From NCBI GenBank assembly GCA_947625225.1, contig CANQNQ010000001.1, positions 225,900-289,899 on the forward strand: a DNA stretch of 64,000 nucleotides, written 5' to 3'. A program made the translations under genes and the position numbers. The notes below the pieces were generated by a model, which had not been told where the DNA came from, did not search any database, and worked only from the letters and a program-made list of their open reading frames with translations. Source of the stretch: an uncultured Clostridia bacterium (GTDB taxonomy: Bacteria > Bacillota > Clostridia > Christensenellales > CAG-917). Every line of letters begins with the position of its first letter. Position 1 is the first letter of the stretch. This document shows positions 7,294-16,609 of the stretch, one piece after another.

Positions 7294-8394
7294 ATGATAA
7301 TATATATAATTTTTTTTGATCTTATGGCAGATGTGTTGTTGGATTCGCTTATAGACAGCCTTAAGTTGCTTGCGGTGGTGGCTGTGTGCACCTACATCAT
7401 CGCGCTGATCGAGCCAAAGCTGTCCCGCGCCGTGCGGCTAAAAGGCAAACTCGCTCCACTTATCGGGGTGAGCGTCTCTCTGTTGCCCCAATGCGGCTTT
7501 TCTGTAGTCGCGACGGATCTATTCCAAAAAAAACACATAACCATCGGCACGCTTGTCGGTATATATCTCGCCACTTCGGACGAGGCGCTGCCCATCTTTT
7601 TGAGTTATCCCGAAAAAGCGCTGCATGTGCTGCCGTTGCTCGGCTTGAAATTTGTGATAGGTCTTGTCGCAGGCTACGCTCTGGATTTGATTTTTGTAAA
7701 AAATCGCCGCTCGGTGGAGCATCACCTGAGCCACTGCAACGACAAATACAATATAAAACTGATGCACTGCGAAAGCGCGGAATTGGTGGATAATGACGCG
7801 CCGTCCAATACGGTTTGCTGTTGCGATGAATGCAGCCACAGCGACTGTCCGAAGGTTGATATCTGCGAGCACTGCGGCCACATTCACATTGACCACGATG
7901 ATTGTTGCAAGGATGAACACCCAAAAGGCATCTTGTTCGATTATTTACAGAAAAAACAGTTGAAAGCACAAAAAGAGGCAAATAAAGACAGATTTTTGAT
8001 AAAACCACTTCTTCACTCTTTGGAAATTTTTGCATACGCGCTAATTGTAAACATAGTGTTTGGGATCATATTTTATTTTGTCGGACTAGATAAGATAGTG
8101 GCGTTTTTGACGGCAAACAAATATATTGCTCCGCTACTTTCGGTTTTGGTGGGTATAATACCAAATTGCGTGTCGTCTATAATCATAAGCGAGCTTTATA
8201 TATTCGGCGGGCTGGGCTTTGGCGCCGCGATAGCGGGACTTTGCATGAACGCAGGCGTCGCTTTTGTTTTTCTTTTCAAAAAGAAGGAAAATATAAAACA
8301 AAGTCTGCTTGTTTTCGCGCTGGTATTTTTTATAAGCGTCGCTGTGGGATACGCCGCGTCTGCCGCCTGCGGTTTTGAGGCTTTGCGGTTGTAA
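7294..8394 (+). CDS. Putative 10-TM heavy-metal exporter (ArsP_2/DUF2899-like) with a Cys/His-rich central loop
   Basis: Family-typical N-terminal half: LLDSLIDSLKLL..., LPQCGFSVVATDLF, IGTLVGIYLATSDEALPIFL. Central loop: HHLSHCND...VCCCDECSHSDCPKVDICEHCGHIHIDHDDCCKDEH. The start could instead be the ATG at 7324 (MADVLL). Family assignment is from memory of the motif. Confidence 0.7.
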   Translation: MIIYIIFFDLMADVLLDSLIDSLKLLAVVAVCTYIIALIEPKLSRAVRLKGKLAPLIGVSVSLLPQCGFSVVATDLFQKKHITIGTLVGIYLATSDEALPIFLSYPEKALHVLPLLGLKFVIGLVAGYALDLIFVKNRRSVEHHLSHCNDKYNIKLMHCESAELVDNDAPSNTVCCCDECSHSDCPKVDICEHCGHIHIDHDDCCKDEHPKGILFDYLQKKQLKAQKEANKDRFLIKPLLHSLEIFAYALIVNIVFGIIFYFVGLDKIVAFLTANKYIAPLLSVLVGIIPNCVSSIIISELYIFGGLGFGAAIAGLCMNAGVAFVFLFKKKENIKQSLLVFALVFFISVAVGYAASAACGFEALRL

Positions 8395-8395
8395 A

Positions 8396-8404
8396 TGTGG
8401 ATAA
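8396..8404. promoter_or_regulatory. Consensus DnaA box (TGTGGATAA)
   Basis: Exact 9-mer, 2 nt after the stop of the upstream gene. Confidence 0.7.
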
Positions 8405-8444
8405 AGTGAGGGACTGTGAACAAAATGTTGATATTCTTAAAAAG

Positions 8445-8453
8445 TTATCCACA
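8445..8453. promoter_or_regulatory. Consensus DnaA box (TTATCCACA), inverted relative to 8396-8404
   Basis: Exact 9-mer, followed by about 150 bp of AT-rich sequence (8455-8605) up to the dnaN start. Confidence 0.7.
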
Positions 8454-8605
8454 TATTGTAGAGGCAGAAAAACACAAAATATTGTTGTTTGTTTAGTATA
8501 AAAAGACAAGGCATTGTGTGAGGAAAAATAAAATCTACTTGTCAACAGAGCTTATTTATGTTATCATTATTAAAGAAATAATAAATAAATATAGAAAGGC
8601 GAGAT

Positions 8606-9706
8606 ATGAAAGTTATTTGTCAAGGAAACGAATTGAGCGACGCACTGTCAAAAGTGGTCAAAGCGCTGCCCGTCAAGAGGACAAATCCCATTCTGGACGG
8701 GATAAAAATAACCGCAAGCGGCGAGACATTGACGTTGTTTGCCACCGATACCGAACTTGCTATCGAAAAGCGCATAAACGCGCAAGTGCTCATCGAGGGC
8801 GAGATAGTCGTCCCCGGCAAACTGTTTGCGGACTACGCCAAAAAGATAGAGGAAGAAGAGGTTGAACTTGACGGCACAAACGCCGCAAAACTTGTGATAA
8901 GATACCTCGACAGCGAGCTGCAGATCAAGGCGATGAGCGTCGACGAATATCCCGAATTCAAGCAGGTCAACACAGAGACATCCTTTGTCATAATAAAAAA
9001 ACAGCTTAAGGATATCATTGGCAAGGTCATATTCAACGTGTCCGTGGATGAGGCGCGTCCTTCTTTGAGAGGCGTTTGCCTCAATGTAAAAGATGAGGAA
9101 GTAGAGGCTGTCGCGACCGACGGTTACAGACTTGCCCTCACCCGCGCGGTGATAAGAAACAACGGCGTCATCAAAAAGATAGTGGTCCCCGCAAAGAGCA
9201 TGAACGAGCTTTGCCGCCTGCTTGACGACGATGATGAGACCGTGACTGTGTATGTTGAGGACAACTACCTTATGGTGGACCTGTTCCACACCAAGATAGT
9301 CACCCGCCTCATCAGCGAGGAATTCTTGAACTACGAAAAGATAATCCCCAACAACTTTACAACGCAGGTCACCATAGACAAAAAGTTGTGCGAAAACGCC
9401 ATCGAGCGCGTGTCCCTTATAAACAGAATAGACAAAAAAGCGTACGTCAAGATGGAGATCAAAGAGGAGTATATCCTGCTCAACGCGCACAGCGATGACG
9501 GAGAGATAAACGAAAAGATAGCCATTGCCCTGCAAGGCAAAGATCTGACCATCGGCTTCAATGCAAAATACCTGACGGACTGCATGCACGCCATCGAGTC
9601 GCCAATGATAACACTCAACTTCACGACGTCCACCGCGCCCGGCATAATAAAAGGCGAGGATAACAGGTGGCTGTACCTGATACTGCCACTGCGCGTCATC
9701 GCGTAA
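8606..9706 (+). CDS. dnaN: DNA polymerase III beta sliding clamp
   Basis: MKVICQGNELSDALSKVVKALPVKRTNPILDGIKITASGETLTLFATDTELAIE is a typical DnaN N-terminus. Length is 366 aa and the RBS is AAAGGCGAG. Confidence 0.95.
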   Translation: MKVICQGNELSDALSKVVKALPVKRTNPILDGIKITASGETLTLFATDTELAIEKRINAQVLIEGEIVVPGKLFADYAKKIEEEEVELDGTNAAKLVIRYLDSELQIKAMSVDEYPEFKQVNTETSFVIIKKQLKDIIGKVIFNVSVDEARPSLRGVCLNVKDEEVEAVATDGYRLALTRAVIRNNGVIKKIVVPAKSMNELCRLLDDDDETVTVYVEDNYLMVDLFHTKIVTRLISEEFLNYEKIIPNNFTTQVTIDKKLCENAIERVSLINRIDKKAYVKMEIKEEYILLNAHSDDGEINEKIAIALQGKDLTIGFNAKYLTDCMHAIESPMITLNFTTSTAPGIIKGEDNRWLYLILPLRVIA

Positions 9707-9787
9707 CGACAAAATAAAACTTGATGAGAGAAAGCGGCTTGGCGGAATTGTCAAACCGCTTTTTACAAAGACATACAACTTATATAA

Positions 9788-10942
9788 ATGAGAGGAAAGC
9801 TAAAAAAGAGGACAACAACAATACTCTGCGTTTTTGCGGCGTTTGTAGCGGCGCTTGTTGTGCTGTTGACTATAGTGTGTCAAAGCAAGAGATTGTTTGA
9901 GGGGGAGGACAGCGCGGAAAATTATGAGTATGTAATATCTGATATAGAAGGTATTAAAGAGGCAAATCCGCGCATATCCGATATAGCGATGCTAGGCTCG
10001 CATGACGCGAACACATATAATATTGACGTCAAAAACAGTTTGAGCGGAGAAACAAAAGACGGCGTGAAAATATTGAGAGACCTGGCGCCGGGAGTGTTTT
10101 ACAGATATTCCAAGACGCAGACTGACGACATATACGCTCAACTTACAAAAGGCGTGAGATATCTGCATATAAAATGTTCGTATCAAGGCGGCGAGTGGTA
10201 TTGTAGTCACGCCATCCTTTGCGACAAACTTGACGTATATGTGAAACAAGCAATAAAATTTCTTGAGAGCCACCCCGGCGAGATAGTGATATTGACATTC
10301 CAGATCATGTATGCCGAGAACTCCACCGCGGCGGAATTTTGCGACTACGTGTATGGCGGGATAGAATATGATGGGCTGACACTTAGCGACTTTATGCCGT
10401 TTGAAAACTTGTACTACCGCGAGATAACCTACAATCAACTTACCTTAAACGGGACTCAGGCGGGCGCGCTGATCATGTTGGAGGGGAAGGACGACGAGTT
10501 TGACAGAGGCGAGTTTTTCAAGAATATGTATGACAGCAAATATAAAGCCAAATTTAGCACAGAATATCATTATTTGTCCGCAACTTGGCACAACACGATG
10601 AAAGCAAAAACCATGGCGAAAAAGCTGGACGCAAAGTGTGAGCAGATGGACGTAGAAAAAGAGAAGTATGAAGGATATTTCCGCGTGATGCAGATAAACA
10701 CGACGCCAAACGCGAAGGATGTTTTTGAAACAGCGTTTGCTTGGTCGCTGATGGCAAAGGCAAAAAAACACAACGTCGAGATGTTGGAAAACCCCAACTT
10801 TGATAAATGGATGAAGTATATGCCCATTGTGCAATGCGATTTTTCCACCTCCGCAAACGACGATTTCAACAGAAGAATAAACGCAAAAATAAGGGAGTAC
10901 AACACAAAACTTATAGAGAATATGACGGCGCAAAATTTATAA
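9788..10942 (+). CDS. Membrane-anchored PI-PLC X-domain-like protein (phospholipase C-like)
   Basis: N-terminal TM segment (ILCVFAAFVAALVVLLTIV). MLGSHDANTY resembles the catalytic (P)GSHDS motif and GVRYLHIK resembles RYLDIR of PI-PLC/PLCXD proteins. Visibly more AT-rich than its neighbours. Confidence 0.55.
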   Translation: MRGKLKKRTTTILCVFAAFVAALVVLLTIVCQSKRLFEGEDSAENYEYVISDIEGIKEANPRISDIAMLGSHDANTYNIDVKNSLSGETKDGVKILRDLAPGVFYRYSKTQTDDIYAQLTKGVRYLHIKCSYQGGEWYCSHAILCDKLDVYVKQAIKFLESHPGEIVILTFQIMYAENSTAAEFCDYVYGGIEYDGLTLSDFMPFENLYYREITYNQLTLNGTQAGALIMLEGKDDEFDRGEFFKNMYDSKYKAKFSTEYHYLSATWHNTMKAKTMAKKLDAKCEQMDVEKEKYEGYFRVMQINTTPNAKDVFETAFAWSLMAKAKKHNVEMLENPNFDKWMKYMPIVQCDFSTSANDDFNRRINAKIREYNTKLIENMTAQNL

Positions 10943-11128
10943 TAAAAAAATAAAAACAAATATTTTACACAATCAAAACAAACAAATAAACATTTATTTT
11001 GAGTAACAAGAGGGAAATTATAAAAATAAGAAAAGAGCAGATAGAGGCTGTTGTTGAAAACAAATACAGCAAAAAACCAAGTGGCGTAAAAAACGCGCGG
11101 CGCATGGCAAAACAATTTGGATTGAAAT

Positions 11129-11154
11129 AAAAAAACGCCGACTGAACGGTCGGC
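11129..11154 (-). terminator. Rho-independent terminator of dnaA
   Basis: The minus strand reads GCCGAC-CGTTCA-GTCGGC followed by G and T7. Confidence 0.7.
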
Positions 11155-11169
11155 ATAATTTTATAAAAT

Positions 11170-12543
11170 TCAGCGTTTGAGGATCATATTTTTGAGATCC
11201 GCGACAATGATCTTCATTTTGGGATCGGAGCGCAACTCCTCCGCGACTTTGTCCCTTGCGTGGATGACTGTGGTGTGATCGCGCCCGCCGAACATCTCCC
11301 CTATCTGCACAAGCGGCATGGGCAGGATCTCTGTGATGAGATAGATGGCGATCATCCTCGGCTCCACAATATTTTTGGTTTTCTTTTTTGAAAAGATGTC
11401 CGCTTGAGTGATGTTGAAGTACTTGCACACGGTCTCCACGATGTCGCTGGCGTCCACGGTGTCCTTTTTGTCCTCAATAAAGTCGCTGAGCGCCTCATAC
11501 GCCAGCTCGCGCGTGTTGATGACGGAGTTTGTGAGGGAGCTGAAAAACACTATCTTGTTGAGCAAGCCCTCCATTTCCCTGATGTTGGAGGTGGCGTTTT
11601 CCGCAATAAATTCCGCAACGTCGTCGGACAGCGTAAACTTCAGTTGCGCCGCCTTGTTTTTAAGTATAGCTATCCTTGTCTCCATATCAGGAGACTGGAT
11701 GTCCACCGTAAGCCCCCAGCCGAAGCGGGTACGCAGCCTCTCCTCAAGCGTGGTGAGGTCCTTGGGCGATTTGTCCGAGGTGATGATGATCTGCTTGTTG
11801 GCGTGATACAGGTCGTTGAATATGTGGAAAAACGCCTCCTGAGTCGCGTCTTTGCCGATGAGGAACTGCACGTCGTCTATCATCAGCACGTCGCAGGAGC
11901 GGTACTTTTCCCTGAAGCGGTTGTTTTCCTCGTTGGATTTGTTGCGGATGACGGAAATAAGCTCGTTCATAAGCGTCTCTGCGCTTACGTACAGCACGTT
12001 GGTGCGCGGCGAATTTTTGTAGAGGAAATTGCCTATCGCGTGCAGCAGGTGCGTCTTGCCAAGCCCCACGCCGGAGTAGATAAACAGCGGGTTGTATCTT
12101 CCGCCCGGCTCCTCCGCCACGGTGCGGCATGCGGCAAGCGCGTAGGTGTTTGACTTGCCTTCAACAAAATTTTCAAAGGTGTACTTTTCAAGGAATGGGC
12201 ATTTTTTTGGCTGAGACGCGACCGATCTGTTGTCGGTGGTGACAAAACCTTCGTGCTCCAAAAACACGCTCTGCTTGTTGATAAACTCGTCCTTTTTGTC
12301 GGGAGTGGTGATGACGACGTCCGTAACGGACGAGTTGATGGAGGACACCACCTCTTTTATGCTGTCGAGATATTTGGAGTCTATCGTGCGCTTCGCCGTT
12401 TGCGAGATGGTGCACAATATCAGAGCGCCGTCCACAAAACAGACGGGTTGCAGTTTGTCTATCCAGACCTCGTAACTTATGGTCTGGATGGTGATGGAAA
12501 GCTTGTTTTTTGCTTCCGACCAAAAATCTTCGACATTTATCAT
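11170..12543 (-). CDS. dnaA: Chromosomal replication initiator DnaA
   Basis: AAA+ core (YNPLFIYSGVGLGKTHLLHAIGN, DVLMIDDVQFL). C-terminal DNA-binding domain (VEPRMIAIYLITEILPMPLVQIGEMFGGRDHTTVIHA). 457 aa. Confidence 0.97.
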   Translation of the reverse strand: MINVEDFWSEAKNKLSITIQTISYEVWIDKLQPVCFVDGALILCTISQTAKRTIDSKYLDSIKEVVSSINSSVTDVVITTPDKKDEFINKQSVFLEHEGFVTTDNRSVASQPKKCPFLEKYTFENFVEGKSNTYALAACRTVAEEPGGRYNPLFIYSGVGLGKTHLLHAIGNFLYKNSPRTNVLYVSAETLMNELISVIRNKSNEENNRFREKYRSCDVLMIDDVQFLIGKDATQEAFFHIFNDLYHANKQIIITSDKSPKDLTTLEERLRTRFGWGLTVDIQSPDMETRIAILKNKAAQLKFTLSDDVAEFIAENATSNIREMEGLLNKIVFFSSLTNSVINTRELAYEALSDFIEDKKDTVDASDIVETVCKYFNITQADIFSKKKTKNIVEPRMIAIYLITEILPMPLVQIGEMFGGRDHTTVIHARDKVAEELRSDPKMKIIVADLKNMILKR

Positions 12544-12653
12544 AGTTCAGATATTATAACAGAAAATCCGCGCAATTCAAGCGAAAAAGTCAAAAAGAAA
12601 AAAAGACCACAATATGTTGAAAAAAAGGCGGGATTACGCTATACTTGTTGTAT

Positions 12654-13742
12654 ATGAAGATATTGTCGCTAGAGCTCAAAAACTTCCGCAATTACGAGTA
12701 CGCCCACGCCGAATTTTGCGACGGGCTGAATGTGCTGTACGGGAAAAACGCCAGCGGCAAGACCAATATGCTTGAGAGCATATATCTAAGCTCCGTCTTT
12801 CACAGCCCCCGCACCACAAAGGACAAAGAGATGGTGCGCCTCGAGCAGCCCTACGCCACCGTGCGCCTGATGATAGAGCGCAAATACCGCACCTACAAGA
12901 TAGAGCTGATGATAGACAGCCAGGGCAAAAAGAAAGTTGCGGTGAACGGCATCCCCGTCAACAGAGCGGGCGAATTGCTGGGCGTGCTGGGCGTGGTATT
13001 TTTCTCTCCGGACGAGATGAAACTGGTGAAGGAATCCCCCGCCGAGCGCCGCAGATTTCTGGACGTAGGATTGAGCCAACAACAAAAAAGCTACTTTATC
13101 GCGCTGCAACGCTACAATAAAACGCTCAAACAGAAAAACAACCTGCTCAAGGAATACCGCAACTCCAACACTGACGATATGCTGGACGTGTGGGACGCGC
13201 AGCTGGCAAAAGAGGGCGCCATACTTATAGACAAGCGGCGGGAGTATGTGGATACGCTCAACAAGGCGGCGGGCAAATTCCACAGCAGCATGAGCAACGA
13301 CAAGGAGCAATTGCGCCTGTCCTACGAAACCTCGGTCACCGAAGGCGGCGGCGAGGAAGAGTTGCTTAAGGCGATAAAGGGCGCGCGCGAAAAGGACAAG
13401 GAGCTGGGCTTCAGCACCATTGGCCCGCACAGGGACGACATAAAGATAGAGATAGACGGCAGGGACAGCCGCAAATTCGCCTCTCAGGGGCAGCAGCGCA
13501 CCATTGCGCTTGCGATGAAGCTGGGCGAGGTTGTGATATTCAAAAACGAGCTTGGCGAGCCGCCCGTGTTGTTGCTTGACGACGTGCTGAGCGAACTGGA
13601 CGAAACAAGGCAGGATCTGCTGCTGAAGATGACGTACGGATTTCAGACCATACTTACCTGCACGGAGTATACCCTGCCCAACAAGGCGGCGTTGTTTGAG
13701 ATAGAAAACGGCAGGATAAAGGGTAAAACATCCCGGAATTGA
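12654..13742 (+). CDS. recF: DNA replication and repair protein RecF
   Basis: MKILSLELKNFRNYEYAHAEF..LYGKNASGKTNMLESIYL (Walker A), and the signature FASQGQQRTIALAMKLG...LLLDDVLSELD. The ATG at 12654 is preferred over the TTG at 12645. Confidence 0.93.
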   Translation: MKILSLELKNFRNYEYAHAEFCDGLNVLYGKNASGKTNMLESIYLSSVFHSPRTTKDKEMVRLEQPYATVRLMIERKYRTYKIELMIDSQGKKKVAVNGIPVNRAGELLGVLGVVFFSPDEMKLVKESPAERRRFLDVGLSQQQKSYFIALQRYNKTLKQKNNLLKEYRNSNTDDMLDVWDAQLAKEGAILIDKRREYVDTLNKAAGKFHSSMSNDKEQLRLSYETSVTEGGGEEELLKAIKGAREKDKELGFSTIGPHRDDIKIEIDGRDSRKFASQGQQRTIALAMKLGEVVIFKNELGEPPVLLLDDVLSELDETRQDLLLKMTYGFQTILTCTEYTLPNKAALFEIENGRIKGKTSRN

Positions 13743-13772
13743 AAAACGCCCCATACGGCAAAGACGAACAAG

Positions 13773-13802
13773 AAAAGTCGGAAGGTATGCTTCCGACTTT
13801 TT
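13773..13802. terminator. Bidirectional terminator between the convergent recF and parB
   Basis: AAAA-GTCGGAAG-GTATG-CTTCCGAC-TTTTT. Confidence 0.65.
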
Positions 13803-13843
13803 GCTGAAAACAATATTTTTGACGCAGCTCCGCCTGCGGAGAG

Positions 13844-14734
13844 TCAATCCATCAGCTTTTTGAGGTGCTGGATGTATTCGTGCACGCGCTCGAGGTCGTC
13901 CGCGGTGTAGTAGTCTATGGTGATGCGGCCTATGCTCTCGTTGCCCTTTATCATGACTTTGGTCTTGAAAATGCGCTTCATGTCGTTGACAAGCTCGCGC
14001 ATCTCAAGAGAGGGGCGCTTCCTGGGGCCGTGAGGAATGTTTTTCCTTGAGAAGTACAGATTGACTTCCCTCTCCAGCTCGCGCACGGAAAGGTTGTGCT
14101 CCACCGTCTTTTTGGCGAGGGCGATAAGCTCCTCCTTGTTGTCGATGGATATAAGCGTCCTGGCGTGACCGGGGGACAGCTTGCCGTCGCGCACAAGCGC
14201 GGACACTTCCTGCGGCAGTTGCAGCAGGCGCAGCGTGTTGGTGACGTAGGGACGGGATTTGCCTATCTTTGCGGCGACTTCCTCCTGTGTGAGGCCGTGG
14301 CTTTCCATCAGTTCCTTCATGCCCTCTGCCGCCTCGATGGCGTTGAGGTCCTCGCGGTGCAGGTTTTCGATGAGGGATATCTCCTGTTTTTGCTCGGCGG
14401 TGAAGTTGCGTACCACCACGGGCACCGTCTTGAGTCCCGCCATCATGCACGCCCTGAAGCGGCGCTCGCCCGCGATTATCATATATCTGCCGTCGCCGTT
14501 TTTTTCGACGATTAGCGGCTGCAGCACGCCGTATAAGGCGATGGAGTTTGAAAGCTCTTTAAGGCCTTCTTCCTTGAAGGTTTTTCTGGGCTGATTGGGA
14601 TTGCGGTCCACCAGTGTGATATCCACGTCCATCGTCACGATGTCCTCTCCCAGATCCACGGATACGTTTTCCATATTGTCGTTGAACAGCGCGTTCAAGC
14701 CCTTCGCGCCCAAGCCGCCCTTTGTGTTTGCCAT
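13844..14734 (-). CDS. parB: Chromosome partitioning protein ParB/Spo0J
   Basis: RNPNQPRKTF, GVLQPLIV, IIAGERRFRA (ParB box), and the HTH LTQEEVAAKIGKSRPYVTNTLRLL. Confidence 0.93.
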   Translation of the reverse strand: MANTKGGLGAKGLNALFNDNMENVSVDLGEDIVTMDVDITLVDRNPNQPRKTFKEEGLKELSNSIALYGVLQPLIVEKNGDGRYMIIAGERRFRACMMAGLKTVPVVVRNFTAEQKQEISLIENLHREDLNAIEAAEGMKELMESHGLTQEEVAAKIGKSRPYVTNTLRLLQLPQEVSALVRDGKLSPGHARTLISIDNKEELIALAKKTVEHNLSVRELEREVNLYFSRKNIPHGPRKRPSLEMRELVNDMKRIFKTKVMIKGNESIGRITIDYYTADDLERVHEYIQHLKKLMD

Positions 14735-14814
14735 AGTTGCACCTACCCTTTTTGTTTTTTATGAATTTGATGTTTATGTTTGCGATATATGTGTGTAAAC
14801 CGCGTGTTTTGAAA

Positions 14815-15579
14815 TCACAGCCTTGCCAAAAATTCCTTTGCGAGCGCGTCGTACGCCACCGCTCCCGCGCACTTTTTGTCGTACAGCGCCACGGGTTTGC
14901 CGTAGCTTGGCGCCTCCGCCAGGCGTATGTTGCGGGGGATCTTCGCGTCGTACACCTTGTCGCCGAACACCTTGAGAATCTCCTCCAGCACGCCCTTGCA
15001 CAGCTTTGATCTGCCGTCGTACATGGTGAGGATGACGCCGTACACCTCAAGCGCGGCGTTGAGATGTTTTTTGACCAGCTTGACCGTATTCATCATTTGG
15101 CTAAGCCCCTCCAGCGCAAAGAATTCGCACTGTATGGGCACCACCACGCCGTCCGACGCGGTAAGCGCGTTTACGGTGAGCAGCCCAAGCGAGGGCGGAC
15201 AGTCTATAAACGCAAAGTCGTAGCCCTCCGCGGCGGAGCGCAGTTTTTCCTCCAACACGCGTTCCCTGCCGATGACTATCTGACTAAGCTCCAGCTCAGC
15301 GCCGGCCAGGTCGCTTGAGGACGGGACGAAGTCCAACCCCGCTATCTCACTGTGGCGTATCGCCTCGGACATTTCCATGCGGTCGCAAAGCACGTCGTAT
15401 ACGGAGCGCTTTTCACGCTTGTCAAACACGCCGAGGGCGCTGGACGCATTGCTTTGCGGATCAAAATCCACAACAAGCACGCGCTTGCCCTTCAGCGCAA
15501 GGGACGCAGCAAGGTTGACGCAACTGGTCGTCTTGCCCACGCCGCCCTTCTGGTTTGAAAAGGAAAGTATGGTTGCCAT
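14815..15579 (-). CDS. parA: Chromosome partitioning ATPase ParA/Soj
   Basis: Deviant Walker A NQKGGVGKTT, then VLVVDFDPQSNAS. 254 aa. No obvious SD upstream of the ATG. Confidence 0.93.
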   Translation of the reverse strand: MATILSFSNQKGGVGKTTSCVNLAASLALKGKRVLVVDFDPQSNASSALGVFDKREKRSVYDVLCDRMEMSEAIRHSEIAGLDFVPSSSDLAGAELELSQIVIGRERVLEEKLRSAAEGYDFAFIDCPPSLGLLTVNALTASDGVVVPIQCEFFALEGLSQMMNTVKLVKKHLNAALEVYGVILTMYDGRSKLCKGVLEEILKVFGDKVYDAKIPRNIRLAEAPSYGKPVALYDKKCAGAVAYDALAKEFLARL

Positions 15580-15753
15580 ATGAAAAGTGTATCATAATCC
15601 AATCGGTTTTTCAAGGAAAGAGGGAAAATAAGTTTTGCGAATTTTGTAAACGCATCCCGCGCTCCCCGTCCAACGGGCGTAAAGAGTGTGAGAGGGCGGA
15701 TGACAAGGCGTAAGGGGAGCGAAGCGAAGTCGATGACCGGGCGTAAAAGGTGT

Positions 15754-15783
15754 GTAAAAAATATCCCGCCGACACCCGGCGGG
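15754..15783 (-). terminator. Rho-independent terminator of rsmG
   Basis: The minus strand reads CCCGCCG-GGTGT-CGGCGGG followed by ATATTTTTT. This separates rsmG from parA transcriptionally. Confidence 0.65.
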
Positions 15784-15789
15784 AAGGAC

Positions 15790-16488
15790 TTACAGTGGAC
15801 GCTTTTTTATCGTCGCGTAGGGGCGAGGATATTTCTTTGGGGTCTCGTCCGTCTTTTTGAAGGTGAGCACAGCCCTTTGGTCGCCATTGGGCAACTGAAG
15901 CGTTTTTGTGCGCAGATATTGCATATTCAATGTTTTAAGTGCAGATTTTGATTGATAAAGCTCGGATTCGTCGGATTTGTATGCCACAAATATGCCCCCG
16001 ATCTTAAGCAGCGGCGCCGCCAACTCCAGCAATATGGGCAGGCTTGCCACCGCCCTTGCCGTCACCGCGTCGAAGCGCCCGCGGAAACGGGTCAGCTCCT
16101 CCGCCCTGCCCGCAACGCAGTCTATATTGGTTATGCCCAACATCCCCGCGCAGCCGCGCACGAAGTCCGTCTTTTTGGCGGTGGAGTCTACGGCCGTTAC
16201 TGTTATGTCCCGCCTGGCTATAGCGAGAGGCACGCTTGGAAAGCCCGCGCCCGTGCCTATGTCGCATACATCCGCGCCGACCGGGATTTCGCTCGCGCCG
16301 GACAGCGAATCCGCAAAATGTTTGACAGCAAACGCGTCCTCGTCCGTGATGGCGGTAAGGTTGAAGCGCGTGTTGGCGTCAAGCACCATGTCGCAAAACG
16401 AGGACAGCTTGGCTTGCATGTCGTCGTCAAGCAGAAGGCCATATCTAAGGCAAAACGTTGTGAGCATTTCAAGGTTGGTCGGCTTCAT
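15790..16488 (-). CDS. rsmG: 16S rRNA (guanine527-N7)-methyltransferase RsmG (GidB)
   Basis: FNLTAITDEDAFAVKHFADSL and the SAM motif VCDIGTGAGFPSVPLAI. 232 aa. Confidence 0.9.
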   Translation of the reverse strand: MKPTNLEMLTTFCLRYGLLLDDDMQAKLSSFCDMVLDANTRFNLTAITDEDAFAVKHFADSLSGASEIPVGADVCDIGTGAGFPSVPLAIARRDITVTAVDSTAKKTDFVRGCAGMLGITNIDCVAGRAEELTRFRGRFDAVTARAVASLPILLELAAPLLKIGGIFVAYKSDESELYQSKSALKTLNMQYLRTKTLQLPNGDQRAVLTFKKTDETPKKYPRPYATIKKRPL

Positions 16489-16609
16489 AAATCCATACTA
16501 TCATTTTTTGATCGGCAAATCAATATGCAACAGAAAAATATGCGCAGACATTTTGCTCGCGGCTTGAATATTGCCAAAAGGAGTGCTATCATATAACAGG
16601 AGGCGTCTT

